64,000 nt of DNA from Acidimicrobiia bacterium (GTDB lineage: Bacteria; Actinomycetota; Acidimicrobiia; Spongiisociales; ZC4RG35). Shown in pieces: positions 9,570 to 18,923 of this stretch. The notes beneath the pieces are model-generated. The model was not told where the DNA came from. It saw only the letters and a list, made by a program, of their open reading frames with translations, and made no database searches. The stretch is taken from contig DATFBM010000033.1 of the NCBI GenBank assembly GCA_035253825.1, forward strand, positions 12,265 to 76,264, in the 5' to 3' direction. The translations under genes and the position numbers were made by a program. Each line of letters begins with the position of its first letter. The stretch's first letter is position 1.

Positions 9570-10016
9570 TTAACCACCCCCCGACAACGAATCAGTCGAG
9601 CGCGGAGTGGTGATGGGATCGGCATGTCGATGGACGATCTTCCATCCGGCATCTTCCACCCGAAAGACTGTGGTCACCCGAAGGGAGAACTCGGTCATCT
9701 CATCGGCGCCGCCAAGCTTCGAACGGAACCGCTCGATCTCAAGAATGTAGGCGAGATCGGCGGTCGTATTCTCCGAGATTCGCTCGAAGCCGATCGCCGC
9801 TCCCTCCCGAAAGTTGGTAGCGGCACGATCCATTGTCTCGGCAGCATTTCTCCAACCGAGTGATGGTGGCCCAAACGGGTTGGCAATGGTGACGTCGTCG
9901 CCTTTTGAGTACAGGGCTTTCAACGGCTCCGGGTCACCCCTAACGAATGCGTCTACTGCTTCGTGACTGTCCTCGACGGCAGCAGCGAGATCGGACCTCA
10001 TCATTTCCACCTCCAA
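9570..10016 (-). CDS. SnoaL-like / NTF2-fold (DUF4440-type) protein
   Basis: ~148 aa with the alpha+beta cone pattern: ...AVDAFVRGDPEPLKALYS...LRVTTVFRVEDAGWKIVHRHADP. Confidence 0.65.
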   Translation of the reverse strand: MEVEMMRSDLAAAVEDSHEAVDAFVRGDPEPLKALYSKGDDVTIANPFGPPSLGWRNAAETMDRAATNFREGAAIGFERISENTTADLAYILEIERFRSKLGGADEMTEFSLRVTTVFRVEDAGWKIVHRHADPITTPRSTDSLSGGG

Positions 10017-10150
10017 CAGCTAACCGCACGAAGAGTCCAGGCTATCGCCCGATAAGAATCCGCGCCCTCTGTCTCCCGGCCTCGATCAACCTTTCCTGTG
10101 CTAGCCCGTGCCCACGGGGAAGCCCTGAGCTCTGAGCAGGGTGCCGGTAG

Positions 10151-10193
10151 GCTCCGGGGGCGAGAGTCGAACTCGTAACCTACGGATTAACAG
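10151..10193 (-). repeat. 43-nt direct-repeat copy of the 3' part of tRNA-Asn (distal att-type boundary)
   Basis: Identical to 14538..14580 except 10176 T versus 14563 C. It covers the anticodon loop through the acceptor 3' end. The sequence diverges immediately after cag at 10193. Confidence 0.85.
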
Positions 10194-10562
10194 CACTTGC
10201 CGTAAATGCGGTGTGCTAAGTGGCAAAACCCCTGGTCGCGACTGAGCGAAAGTAGCTCAGTTATCCGCTCTCCATGAACAGGAGGTGCGACGTGGCACGA
10301 CGACCTCAGCTTCCCGCAGATGTAAGCGACTTCCTTGGTGGCGGCAGGCGAAGCTGCCGCCTCGAGATCGACTCGAGGAGGACCTGGGCCGGTAACTGGA
10401 GATGTTGGCTGAGAACGTCAGCCAAGCGAGCGACTTGGGCTTGGTGACTGCACTTTCCGCTGAGATGCTCGCCGAATACAAACCAGCCGGAAGTAGTGGA
10501 TCCACTTGAGGAAGCGCATCGCGAAGCCAACTCTTAGTTCCTCGATGCAAGGATTTGGAAAG

Positions 10563-10609
10563 TACGGACGAGGGGAATCGAACCCCCAACCTCCTGATCC
10601 GTAGTCGTG
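10563..10609 (-). pseudogene. tRNA-like 3' fragment with an Arg(ACG)-type anticodon loop, T arm and acceptor strand
   Basis: The reverse complement reads CACGA-CTACGGA-TCAGG-AGGTT-GGGGG-TTCGATT-CCCCT-CGTCCGT-A. The T arm is canonical. The anticodon stem pairs at only 3 of 5 positions. No matching 5' acceptor strand or D arm lies upstream. Confidence 0.4.
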
Positions 10610-10649
10610 ACAACCGTCCCGAGCGATGAGCCAGTCGCATCGGATCCTC

Positions 10650-10684
10650 TTGACAGCCCGGAGCAAAGAGTCATAGACTATGAC
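10650..10684 (+). promoter_or_regulatory. Sigma-70-type promoter with overlapping palindromic operator for the TetR / kinase unit
   Basis: TTGACA (10650..10655), an 18-nt spacer, then TAGACT (10674..10679). A perfect 7-1-7 palindrome GTCATAG-A-CTATGAC (10670..10684) covers the -10 and the first ATG. Confidence 0.6.
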
Positions 10685-11327
10685 ATCAATGGCACAAGCT
10701 ATGGCTAGCTCTCCTCGGGGCCTCACGATCAAAGACAGGAAACGCCAGGTGACGCGGGATGCCGTGCTCGATGCCGTTGTCGAGGTGATTGGAGACCGAG
10801 GATTTGACTTCTCGGTCCAGGATGTGGCGGATCGAGCCGGGATCGCCCACCGTACCGTGTACCGGCATTTCCCGACCCGGGAGGCGTTGGTCGATGCCGT
10901 TGCGGAACGCTTCGAATCGGGCGTAGCCATGAACCGCCTCGGAGAGGCTGAGACGCTCCAGGCCTTGCTCGACGAGCTCGATGTCCTCTACGCCTGGTTC
11001 GACAGCGAAGCCGACCTCGTGCATGCGGTGGCGGTGAAGACGCTCGCCACCGGGAAGCGAACGGGGCCCAGTCAGCGCCGAAGTGAGCACTGGCGAGGCG
11101 TGTTGAAGGCGGCTTACCCGAACCTGGCCGCGGAAGACTTGGAGCCCGCCTTCATCATCATCAGGAATCTGTTGGGCATGGTTGGGTGGCATTTGCTCAC
11201 CTCGGAGCCCGGGATCAGTTCGGCCCAGGCGGCGCAGGCGATGCGACGGATGGTCGAGGTCGCACTTGTCGACTTGGAGCGTCGCGACAAAGAGGCGGCC
11301 AACGCGGCCGCGGGGAGGAAGTCATGA
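10680..11327 (+). CDS. TetR-family transcriptional regulator
   Basis: N-terminal HTH: RDAVLDAVVEVIGDRGFDFSVQDVADRAGIAHRTVYRHFPTREAL. The true start may be ATG 10689 or 10701 if the promoter above is used. Confidence 0.88.
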   Translation: MTSMAQAMASSPRGLTIKDRKRQVTRDAVLDAVVEVIGDRGFDFSVQDVADRAGIAHRTVYRHFPTREALVDAVAERFESGVAMNRLGEAETLQALLDELDVLYAWFDSEADLVHAVAVKTLATGKRTGPSQRRSEHWRGVLKAAYPNLAAEDLEPAFIIIRNLLGMVGWHLLTSEPGISSAQAAQAMRRMVEVALVDLERRDKEAANAAAGRKS

Positions 11328-13891
11328 GCGAGGCGGCGATCAGAGATCAGCTTGCGGGCAATAAAGGCGGGCGCGGACCGACTAGCGAGGCGGACACCCC
11401 GCTGGTTCGACTGGCGGATGCTGGTGCACGTAGGGACGAAGTCGGTGTGAAGGCCGCCAACCTGGCCGTCATCATCGGGGCGGGATTTCACGTGCCCGCC
11501 GGCTTCGTTCTGCCGAGCCACGCTCTCGAACTGGCCTTGGGCACGTCGGAGGGCCCGGAAGGTCCGGACGCGCGGGAGGTCTTACTCACCGGTTGGGTCC
11601 GGGCGGCCCTCGATCACCTTGGGCCCGGTCCGGTGGCCGTGCGATCGTCGGGCATCGCCGAGGATGGCGCCGAGGCTTCCTACGCCGGTCAGTATGAGAC
11701 GGAACTCGGCTTGAGCGGAGTGGATGAGGTGGTGGCGGCCGTCAAACGCTGCTGGCAATCGGCGTCATCAGAGCGGGTGGCTGCCTATACCGGGCGCCGT
11801 CAAGAGGAAGACCCGCCGCCGATGGCGGTGATCATCCAATGCCTACTCCCCGCCGAGACCGCCGGAGTGGCTTTCACCGCCAACCCGGTTAGCGGCGCCC
11901 GCGACGAGATCCTGGTCAGCGCCGCTCGCGGTCTCGGGGATGCCCTGGTCTCCGGCGCGGTGAGCCCCGACGAATGGGTGGTGAAGGATGAGACGGCGGA
12001 GCTCCGATCAAGTGGTGCTGAACCGGCCATTACTCCGGACAAGGTGCTTGAGGTGGCAAGTCTCGCCCGCCGCCTAGAGAGCCTGTTCGGCGCTCCCCAA
12101 GACGTCGAGTGGGCGATTGCCGCCGGCGAGACATTCGTGCTCCAATCGCGGCCGATCACCGCACTTCCTCCGCAAAGCGAGCGCGCCGAGGATCTCGGAG
12201 TGGTCGAGGTACCCGCGGGCTTTTGGGAGCGCGATGCCAGCCACTTCCCGGTCCCCATCACGCCGATGATGCAATCGCTCTGTACGCCCCGCCAGAACTC
12301 GGCCTTCCGGGAGTCTTTCGCCGAGCATGGCATGCTGGCCGACGGCCTCGAGTTCCGCTCGATCGGGGGCTGGGTCTACGCACGCCTCGTACCCCCCGGC
12401 GGAGTCGACCGGCCGCCGCTGCCCACGGCGCTGATGTGGCTCATGATGCGGCTACAACCAGAGCTTAGGAAGCGGCAAAGGGTGGCCCGCAAGGCGTTGC
12501 GTGAAGATCTCCCTGGCGAACTCATCCGACGCTGGCACACCGAGACGCGGCCGGACCTCGAAAGGCGGTTTAGGGAGCTTCGGGACATCGACCTCGTGGG
12601 CCTCGACGACGCATCGCTGGTGAGCCACTGGAATGCCGTTGTGGACCTCCTGTCGGCCGGAATACGCGCCCACTTCCGCCTCCACGCTCCAATCGCCGTA
12701 GCCCTCTACGACGTAGCAGTGGCGTGTCGCGAGCTATTCGGGTGGGACGAACGGCGATCATTCGAACTGCTCAATGGCTTGTCGTCGATGTCGACCCGCC
12801 CAGCGTTCGAATTGGCGGAGCTGGCGCGACGGGCAGTGGGGCGCCCGATGGTGTTGGAGGCGATCAAGCGGGCCGACCGCGAGTCGGTGAGCCGTCTGGC
12901 CGAGGATCCGGAGTTCGCGGCGGCGTTCGACCGCTATCAGCGCGAGTACGCCATCAGAGCTCTCCGATACGAACTCGCCGACCCCGTCCTCGCCGAGACC
13001 CCGGAACTGACTCTGGCGACGCTGCGAGACCAGATGCAGCGCGGATATGACCCACAGCAGCAGGCCGAGATGCTGGCGGCCAGGCGGGCCGCCGTGGTAG
13101 CTGACGCTCGCCGCCTTCTTGCCGACCGGGACGAAGCTGCGAGAACGAGATTCGAACGAGTATTGGAGCGGGCGGAATTGGCCTATCCGGTCCGTGAGGA
13201 GAACGAGTTCTTCACCCTGAGTGTGACCCTGGCGATCGCCCGCATCACCTTGCTCGAGATCGGCCGGCGTCTCACCGCCCGCGGCGTGCTCGAGAACCGC
13301 GATGAAGTGTTCTTCCTCACCGATGAGGAGGTGCTGCCAGCCCTAGCCGGCCAACCCCACCATGATGAGGTTACGAGGCGGAAGGCCGATCGGGTGCGCG
13401 CACAGAGACGACCGGGCCCGGCGACCTATGGCCGACGCCCGCCACCGCCGCCCCTCGCCGCCCTGACCCCTGAAACCCGTCGGGGCCTAGAGACGGTGCT
13501 GTGGGCAGTGGAGATGATCTTCGCCACGACTCGCAGTGGTCAGCAGCAGTCGGAAGAGGTGGGGACGATTGAAGGCATCCCCGCCTCGCCGGGCCGCTAC
13601 CAAGGCAGGGTTCGGCGCGTGATGGCCGAAGACGAATTCGACAAGATCCAGGACGGAGATGTGCTGGTGTGCCCGGTCACCTCGCCCGTCTGGTCGGTCT
13701 TGTTCTCCCGGATCGGGGCCCTCGTCACGGACACCGGAGGGATCCTTTCTCACCCCGCCATCATCGCTCGGGAGTTCGGCATTCCGGCGGTCGTCGCCAC
13801 CGGAAACGCAACGCAGCTACTTCGCGACGGCGAGCTAGTGACCGTCGATGGGGATGCCGGGAGCATTTCCGTAGTGCACCGCGTGGTTTGA
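11324..13891 (+). CDS. PEP/pyruvate-binding (ATP-grasp) plus central domain plus swivelling phospho-His domain protein; rifampicin-phosphotransferase (RPH)-like antibiotic/small-molecule kinase
   Basis: ATG 11324 overlaps the TetR stop (ATGA). 855 aa. N-terminus: DEVGVKAANLAVIIGAGFHVPAGFVLP...QDVEWA. C-terminus: GIPASPGRYQGRV...VLVCPVTSPVWSVLF..ALVTDTGGILSHPAIIAREFGIPAVV. I recognise no PEP-binding TIM barrel. Confidence 0.75.
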   Translation: MSEAAIRDQLAGNKGGRGPTSEADTPLVRLADAGARRDEVGVKAANLAVIIGAGFHVPAGFVLPSHALELALGTSEGPEGPDAREVLLTGWVRAALDHLGPGPVAVRSSGIAEDGAEASYAGQYETELGLSGVDEVVAAVKRCWQSASSERVAAYTGRRQEEDPPPMAVIIQCLLPAETAGVAFTANPVSGARDEILVSAARGLGDALVSGAVSPDEWVVKDETAELRSSGAEPAITPDKVLEVASLARRLESLFGAPQDVEWAIAAGETFVLQSRPITALPPQSERAEDLGVVEVPAGFWERDASHFPVPITPMMQSLCTPRQNSAFRESFAEHGMLADGLEFRSIGGWVYARLVPPGGVDRPPLPTALMWLMMRLQPELRKRQRVARKALREDLPGELIRRWHTETRPDLERRFRELRDIDLVGLDDASLVSHWNAVVDLLSAGIRAHFRLHAPIAVALYDVAVACRELFGWDERRSFELLNGLSSMSTRPAFELAELARRAVGRPMVLEAIKRADRESVSRLAEDPEFAAAFDRYQREYAIRALRYELADPVLAETPELTLATLRDQMQRGYDPQQQAEMLAARRAAVVADARRLLADRDEAARTRFERVLERAELAYPVREENEFFTLSVTLAIARITLLEIGRRLTARGVLENRDEVFFLTDEEVLPALAGQPHHDEVTRRKADRVRAQRRPGPATYGRRPPPPPLAALTPETRRGLETVLWAVEMIFATTRSGQQQSEEVGTIEGIPASPGRYQGRVRRVMAEDEFDKIQDGDVLVCPVTSPVWSVLFSRIGALVTDTGGILSHPAIIAREFGIPAVVATGNATQLLRDGELVTVDGDAGSISVVHRVV

Positions 13892-14222
13892 GCACTTTGA
13901 TCTAGGTGGTTATGCAATCGGCGCAGGAGTAGGTCTGGGGATCGTCGAAGCAGTTAGGTGTTTCGTACCTCCGATTGGAGAGGTCGGCCAGGTCAGGTGA
14001 ATGCGGCGAGGACCCAGTCTGGGAAAGGCTCAACGGCTACCTCCTTGGCTCATGCCGCATCGCGATCGCCCCCGAGCCGAACTCCAGCCGGCTCAGAGTT
14101 TCAAGTCGACATACGAGGGGTGCGTCCTCGAGGGAGGCACATTCCAACGGCTTCGTCTACCCGACGACTGGGTCCTGCAGCGGCTCGTAACCGTGAGCGG
14201 CCCGGAGCGGCTGCCGCGGTGA

Positions 14223-14537
14223 TCGAGCGCCAAGGGCAGCTCGCACGCGCGGAGGGACTCGAATCCCGAGCTACGAATGCACGATCTCCGCCACACCGCC
14301 GCCGCTCTGATGATCATCACCGGCGCCCATCCCGAAGTGATCAAGCGCCAGCTCGGTCACTCCTTGATCAAGGTGAGGATGGACGTCTACGGACACCTCT
14401 TTCCCTCGGATGCAGACAAACTCGTTTCTTCTCTCAACGACCTTTATCGAAATTCTCAGACGGTCAGGAACGAAAGGCAGACCAGCCGACGATCGAGCAT
14501 TACTCGGAGAGTCCTTGAAGAACAAGGCTCATTGTTT
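14223..14537 (+). pseudogene. Tyrosine recombinase (phage-type integrase), C-terminal catalytic fragment only
   Basis: HDLRHTAAALMIITGAHPEVIKRQLGHSLIKVRMDVYGHLF carries the R-H-x-x...H...Y catalytic residues. There is no N-terminal SAM-like or core-binding region in frame. The frame runs on into the tRNA. Confidence 0.75.
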
Positions 14538-14538
14538 G

Positions 14539-14611
14539 CTCCGGGGGCGAGAGTCGAACTCGCAACCTACGGATTAACAGTCCGCCGCTCTGCCAATTGA
14601 GCTACCCCGGA
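14539..14611 (-). tRNA. tRNA-Asn (anticodon GTT)
   Basis: The reverse complement folds by hand as TCCGGGG-TA-GCTC-AATTGGCA-GAGC-G-GCGGA-CTGTTAA-TCCGT-AGGTT-GCGAG-TTCGACT-CTCGC-CCCCGGA-G. CCA is not encoded. Confidence 0.9.
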
Positions 14612-14691
14612 ATAGGTCGAACCGGCAATCGGCCGGTGTCTACATGGTACCAGCGGGGCAGTTTCCCCCCGCCTGCCTACGATGCCGAGCC

Positions 14692-15108
14692 ATGAGTCTT
14701 CGGATCCAATGCGTCGACTTCGACGCCCATGATCCCCAGTCGATCGCCACTTTCTGGGAACAGGCCTTGGGTTGGCGGCGTACCTACGACTCGCCTGAGG
14801 AAGTGGTGCTCGAGCCCCCGGCAGGTAGCCCGCTCGACGGCTTGATCCCCGATCTCCTCTTTCTTAGGGTCCCGGAAGGCAAGGCCGTCAAGAACCGTCT
14901 CCACCTCGATCTGCGACCCGATGATCGTGACGCCGAGGTGGCACGCCTCGAGGCCCTCGGGGCCAAGCGGGTCGACATCGGTCAGAAGGGGACGGAGTCG
15001 TGGGTCGTTCTCGCCGACCCCGAGGGGAACGAGTTTTGCGTGTTGCGCGAGCTGTCGGAGGACATGGCCACCTATGAGGGGCCGGCCGGCTCTCCCCCAA
15101 GTTCCTGA
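14692..15108 (+). CDS. VOC / glyoxalase-like domain protein
   Basis: MSLRIQCVDFDAHDPQSIATFWEQALGW...NRLHLDL...VLADPEGNEFCVL. Confidence 0.7.
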   Translation: MSLRIQCVDFDAHDPQSIATFWEQALGWRRTYDSPEEVVLEPPAGSPLDGLIPDLLFLRVPEGKAVKNRLHLDLRPDDRDAEVARLEALGAKRVDIGQKGTESWVVLADPEGNEFCVLRELSEDMATYEGPAGSPPSS

Positions 15109-15986
15109 TGGCCAGACTCCAGCGCAAACGCTTCACGGAGGCGGTCGATGTCCGCGAGTTTCCGCGCGGAAAGGTCGAGGTGGTCGAACTCGATGACGTG
15201 GTGGTGGGTCGGATGAGCTACGAGCCCGGATGGAGGTGGTCGGTCGACGTCAAGCCGATTGCAGGCACAGATAGGTGCCAATACCACCATCTCGGAATCA
15301 CGCTGTCAGGGCGGGTGCGGGCCGAAATGGTCGACGGAACCGAGCTCGAAGTCGGTCCGGGAGAGGTGTTCGAGTTCCCGCCCGGTCATGATGCCTGGGT
15401 GGTCGGGGAGGAACCGTGGGTGTCGGTCGACTTCGCCGCGATGCGGAACTATGGACGAACGGCCGAGCGGCGCGGCGAACGGATTCTGGCGTCGATCTTG
15501 TTCACCGACATCGTCGACTCAACGGCCACTGCGCAACGACTGGGGGACAGCCGCTGGGTCGAATTGGTCGCCGCCCACAATGAGCGGGTTCAATTTGTCC
15601 TCAATCGGTACAGCGGCAGGTTGATCAAGACCACCGGCGATGGAATTCTCGCCATCTTCGATGGAGCCGAGCGGGCGGTGCGGGCGGCGACAGCGCTTCA
15701 TCGAGAGCTTGCAGCCCTCGACCTCAAGCTAAGAGCGGGTATTCACAGCGGGGAGATCGAACTCGTGCCCGGGGACATCCGCGGCGTAGCCGTTCACGCC
15801 GCCGCTCGCCTGATGGCTTTGGCCGGGGCGGGCGAAACCCTGATCTCTGGGACCACCCGGGAGCTGTTGGACGTCACGGGCTTGGAGTTCGAGGATCGCG
15901 GCACCTACGAGTTCAAAGGTCTTTCGGGAAAACGATCGGTGTTTGCTTTGAGTGGGGAACCCGCCGCAGCCAATACAGACCGCTAG
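15108..15986 (+). CDS. Cupin domain fused to a class III adenylate/guanylate cyclase catalytic domain
   Basis: N-terminal cupin-like barrel (...GITLSGRVRAEMVDGTELEVGPGEVFEFPPGHDAWV). Cyclase motifs follow: ILFTDIVDST, IKTTGDGILAIF, RAGIHSGE, GVAVHAAARL. The ATG overlaps the VOC stop (TGATG). Confidence 0.8.
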   Translation: MARLQRKRFTEAVDVREFPRGKVEVVELDDVVVGRMSYEPGWRWSVDVKPIAGTDRCQYHHLGITLSGRVRAEMVDGTELEVGPGEVFEFPPGHDAWVVGEEPWVSVDFAAMRNYGRTAERRGERILASILFTDIVDSTATAQRLGDSRWVELVAAHNERVQFVLNRYSGRLIKTTGDGILAIFDGAERAVRAATALHRELAALDLKLRAGIHSGEIELVPGDIRGVAVHAAARLMALAGAGETLISGTTRELLDVTGLEFEDRGTYEFKGLSGKRSVFALSGEPAAANTDR

Positions 15987-17132
15987 TTACCCGTTTTCGA
16001 GGAAGCCTTCGAGATTGCGGGACTTCTCCGGGTGACGCAATTTGGCGAGCGCCTTGGTCTCCAGCTGACGGATCCGCTCCCGGGTGACCTTGAAGTGGTC
16101 GCCCACCTCCTCCAAGGTCCGCATCCGGCCATCGGCGAGACCGAAGCGCATGATCAGGACTTCCCGTTCCCGCTCGCTGAGACCCTCGAGAGCCAATGCC
16201 AGGTGCTCTTGCAAGACCTTGAACGTGGCAGCGTCGGCAGGGACATCGGCGTCGAGATCTTCGACGAAATCGGCCAGAGTCGACTCTTCTTCCTCCCCCA
16301 CCGGCGTTTCGAGCGAGATCGTGTCCTGGGCGATCCGGGTTAGTTCGGTGAGGCGATCGACTCCGAGATCGAGTTCGATGGCGAGCTCTTCAACTGTGGG
16401 CTCGCGTCCCAGAGTCTGAGCCAGGTCGCGCTGAGCCCGAGTGAGCTTGTTGATCAAGTCCACGATGTGGATCGGCATCCGGATGTTGCGACCCTGGTCG
16501 GCGATGGCCCGGGCGATCGACTGCCGGATCCACCAGGTGGCGTAGGTCGAGAACCGGAACCCCCGTCGATAGTCAAAGCGCTCAACGGCCCGCATCAAGC
16601 CCAGGTTCCCCTCCTGGATCAGATCGAGCAGCGCCATTCCCCGCCCGACGTACCGCCGGGCGATCGAAACCACCAAGCGCAGGTTTGACTCCACCAGCCT
16701 TCGCTGGGCCGCCTCTCCCCGCCGATTGGTCACCTCCAGAATCGCCCGGTCCTCGGCACTCAGCTCCGAGGTTTGGTCCGGTCCTTCCTTTTCGAGATGC
16801 TTCTCGGCCTTGAGCCCGGCTTCGTAGGCCATCGAAAGCTCTACTTCCTCCTGAGCGGTCAGCAACCGGTAGCGACCGATCTCATTGAGATACATCCGCA
16901 CCGGGTCTGAAACCCAGACCTCGTCCCCCTCGGTGAGCTCGTGATCGGCCTCAGGCTCATCCTCGGAGAGCTCGATCCCCCGGGTGCGGAGGAGGTCCAC
17001 CGCCCGTTCGAAAGCGTCAGGCGGTGCCTCGGCTTCTTCGAGTTCCTGCTGCACCTCCGAAACGGTGAGAAATCCTCGCTGCCGGCCGCGCTTGGCCAGC
17101 TGCTCGATCAGTCTTTCGCTTTCGTCAGTCAC
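15987..17132 (-). CDS. rpoD: Primary-type RNA polymerase sigma-70 factor
   Basis: [48 protein letters not shown] and region 4.2 [20 protein letters not shown]. The GTG start overlaps the dnaG stop (GTGA). Confidence 0.92.
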   Translation of the reverse strand: MTDESERLIEQLAKRGRQRGFLTVSEVQQELEEAEAPPDAFERAVDLLRTRGIELSEDEPEADHELTEGDEVWVSDPVRMYLNEIGRYRLLTAQEEVELSMAYEAGLKAEKHLEKEGPDQTSELSAEDRAILEVTNRRGEAAQRRLVESNLRLVVSIARRYVGRGMALLDLIQEGNLGLMRAVERFDYRRGFRFSTYATWWIRQSIARAIADQGRNIRMPIHIVDLINKLTRAQRDLAQTLGREPTVEELAIELDLGVDRLTELTRIAQDTISLETPVGEEEESTLADFVEDLDADVPADAATFKVLQEHLALALEGLSEREREVLIMRFGLADGRMRTLEEVGDHFKVTRERIRQLETKALAKLRHPEKSRNLEGFLENG

Positions 17133-18850
17133 TCGCGGCCCCGTCGACGCTCCTGCAAACCTAATAGCCGCCGGAGAAGCTCGGAATACTGCTGGCTCGC
17201 CGGGTCCAGCGTTTGCAACTCGACCTCGATCGCTTTGATCTGGCGCTCGATGGCTTTTCCCTCCGCCCTCTGGACTACCTCCGCGGGGTTGGCGGGTAGG
17301 GGTCGGATGTCGAAGGCCAGCCGCTGTACCAGTTCTTGGTGAGGAAGGTCATCGAGGGATATCGGGCTCCCTTGGGATGTTGCCTTCCGGGCGGTCTCAA
17401 TCGCCTCGATCAGGTCAGCCAGATGGTCGTCGACCCAGGTCCGGTCAAGGTCAATTTCCGAGAGCTCTCGGGGATTGGCCAGCAACACGCGGATCAGCTC
17501 AGCTTGGATAGGGTCGAGATACTCCTCATCAACGCCCGCCCCAGTCGCTATGGATGAGGCGGTCTGGCCCCGAAGGGCGCTTTCGATGGCGGCCGGTTCT
17601 ACTCCGATCTCCTTGGCCGCGAACCGGGCATATTCGGCTCGAGCGATCGGCTCCGAAACCCTTGAAATCAAACGGCTGGTATTGCGAATCGCCCGCGCCC
17701 GACCTTCGGGCTCGGTGATCCGATGGCGACCCACTTCCTTCTCGATCCGAAACTGCAACAGGGGCCGCGAGTCGCTGATCGCCTTGGCAAGGTCGTTGCT
17801 TCTCCCCGCCTGAACGAGATCGGCGGGATCCATGCCGCCGGGGAGATCGGCCACTCGCAGGTCGAAGTCGAGGTCGACCGGTGTGCGCAGAGTGTCGCCG
17901 CGGAGGGCAGCGCCGGCTCCCGCCTGATCGGAGTCGAAGACCAGCACCACTCGATCGGTAAAGCGTCGCAGGAGATCGAAATGATCCTCACCGAGGGCGG
18001 TACCACAAGTGGCGACCGCGGTGTTGACGCCGGCCTGATTGACGGCGATGACATCGAAATACCCCTCAACTACCACCGCCTCCTGGGTGCGGGCGATCTC
18101 CCCCTTGGCCCGATTGAGGCCGTAGAGCAACCGGCTCTTCTGATAGATACGCGAGTCGGCGGAGTTCAGGTACTTGGGGCCGCGCTGGGAAAGCGCGCGG
18201 CCGCCGAACCCGACCGGGTCGCCGCGGAGGTCGTGGATGGGGAAAAGGAGACGATCTCGAAAAACGTCGAAGAGCTTGCCGCCCCTCCCCCGCTTGGCCA
18301 AGCCGGCCCCCAGCATCGTCGAGTCCTTGATCCCTTCGGTTCGCAAAGAGCGCACCAGCGCGTCCCAGCTGTCTGTTTCCGGTCCGTAGCCGATCTCGTA
18401 TTGATCGACGGCCTCTGCCCCCAAACCCCTCCCGCGGAGATAGGCCCGGGCGTGTCCAGCGTCGGGCGAAGAGCGCAGGGTCTTCTGATAGAAGCGCACG
18501 GCCTGGCGGACCGCATCGACCATTTCCTCATGCTCTCCGCGCCGGCGGCTCGCTCCGGGATCGGTCTCGATCTGGATCCCGGCTTGGCGGGCGAGGAATT
18601 CGACGGCCTCGTTGAAATCGAGACCTTGGGTCTCCTGGACGAAGGTATAGACATCGCCCCCTTTGCCGCACCCGAAGCAGTGATAAAGGCCCCGAATCGG
18701 GTCGAGGCTGAGCGAGGGCGTCTTCTCCTGGTGGAACGGGCACACCGCCGAGTACGACCGCCCCGAGCGCTTGACCGTGGTGACAGCTCCCACCAGGTCG
18801 ACCAGGTTGGTGGCGGCCCGCACCCGGTCGATGTCCTCCCGGCTGTACAC
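17129..18850 (-). CDS. dnaG: DNA primase
   Basis: Zinc ribbon [29 protein letters not shown]. Toprim region [11 protein letters not shown]...LVFDSDQAG. Confidence 0.95.
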   Translation of the reverse strand: MYSREDIDRVRAATNLVDLVGAVTTVKRSGRSYSAVCPFHQEKTPSLSLDPIRGLYHCFGCGKGGDVYTFVQETQGLDFNEAVEFLARQAGIQIETDPGASRRRGEHEEMVDAVRQAVRFYQKTLRSSPDAGHARAYLRGRGLGAEAVDQYEIGYGPETDSWDALVRSLRTEGIKDSTMLGAGLAKRGRGGKLFDVFRDRLLFPIHDLRGDPVGFGGRALSQRGPKYLNSADSRIYQKSRLLYGLNRAKGEIARTQEAVVVEGYFDVIAVNQAGVNTAVATCGTALGEDHFDLLRRFTDRVVLVFDSDQAGAGAALRGDTLRTPVDLDFDLRVADLPGGMDPADLVQAGRSNDLAKAISDSRPLLQFRIEKEVGRHRITEPEGRARAIRNTSRLISRVSEPIARAEYARFAAKEIGVEPAAIESALRGQTASSIATGAGVDEEYLDPIQAELIRVLLANPRELSEIDLDRTWVDDHLADLIEAIETARKATSQGSPISLDDLPHQELVQRLAFDIRPLPANPAEVVQRAEGKAIERQIKAIEVELQTLDPASQQYSELLRRLLGLQERRRGRE

Positions 18851-18923
18851 CGCCCGAGGTTACCGGTGGCGGGGCTGTGCAAGTACCCCCCTTTGGGAGG
18901 CGTGGCCGGAATGGTCCGAGAAG

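Larger units (their letters stand above)
10151..14611. mobile_element. Decayed integrative islet inserted at the 3' end of tRNA-Asn
   Basis: An intact tRNA with an adjacent integrase remnant at one end and a 43-nt tRNA-derived direct repeat at the other. Cargo is TetR plus the RPH-like kinase, with degenerate non-coding filler. Confidence 0.7.

Noticed and set aside
10637-10680. Rifamycin-associated element upstream of the RPH-like unit
   Set aside because: The only palindrome present (GTCATAG-A-CTATGAC) is AT-rich and 15 bp long. It fits a TetR operator and does not resemble the GC-rich RAE-type inverted repeat as I remember it. I cannot verify the RAE consensus without a reference.
14251-14272. 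GGGACTCGAATCCC, a T-arm-like string next to the integrase fragment
   Set aside because: Only a 4-bp stem with a 6-nt loop can form. There is no flanking acceptor or anticodon structure on either strand. It lies in the integrase-fragment frame.
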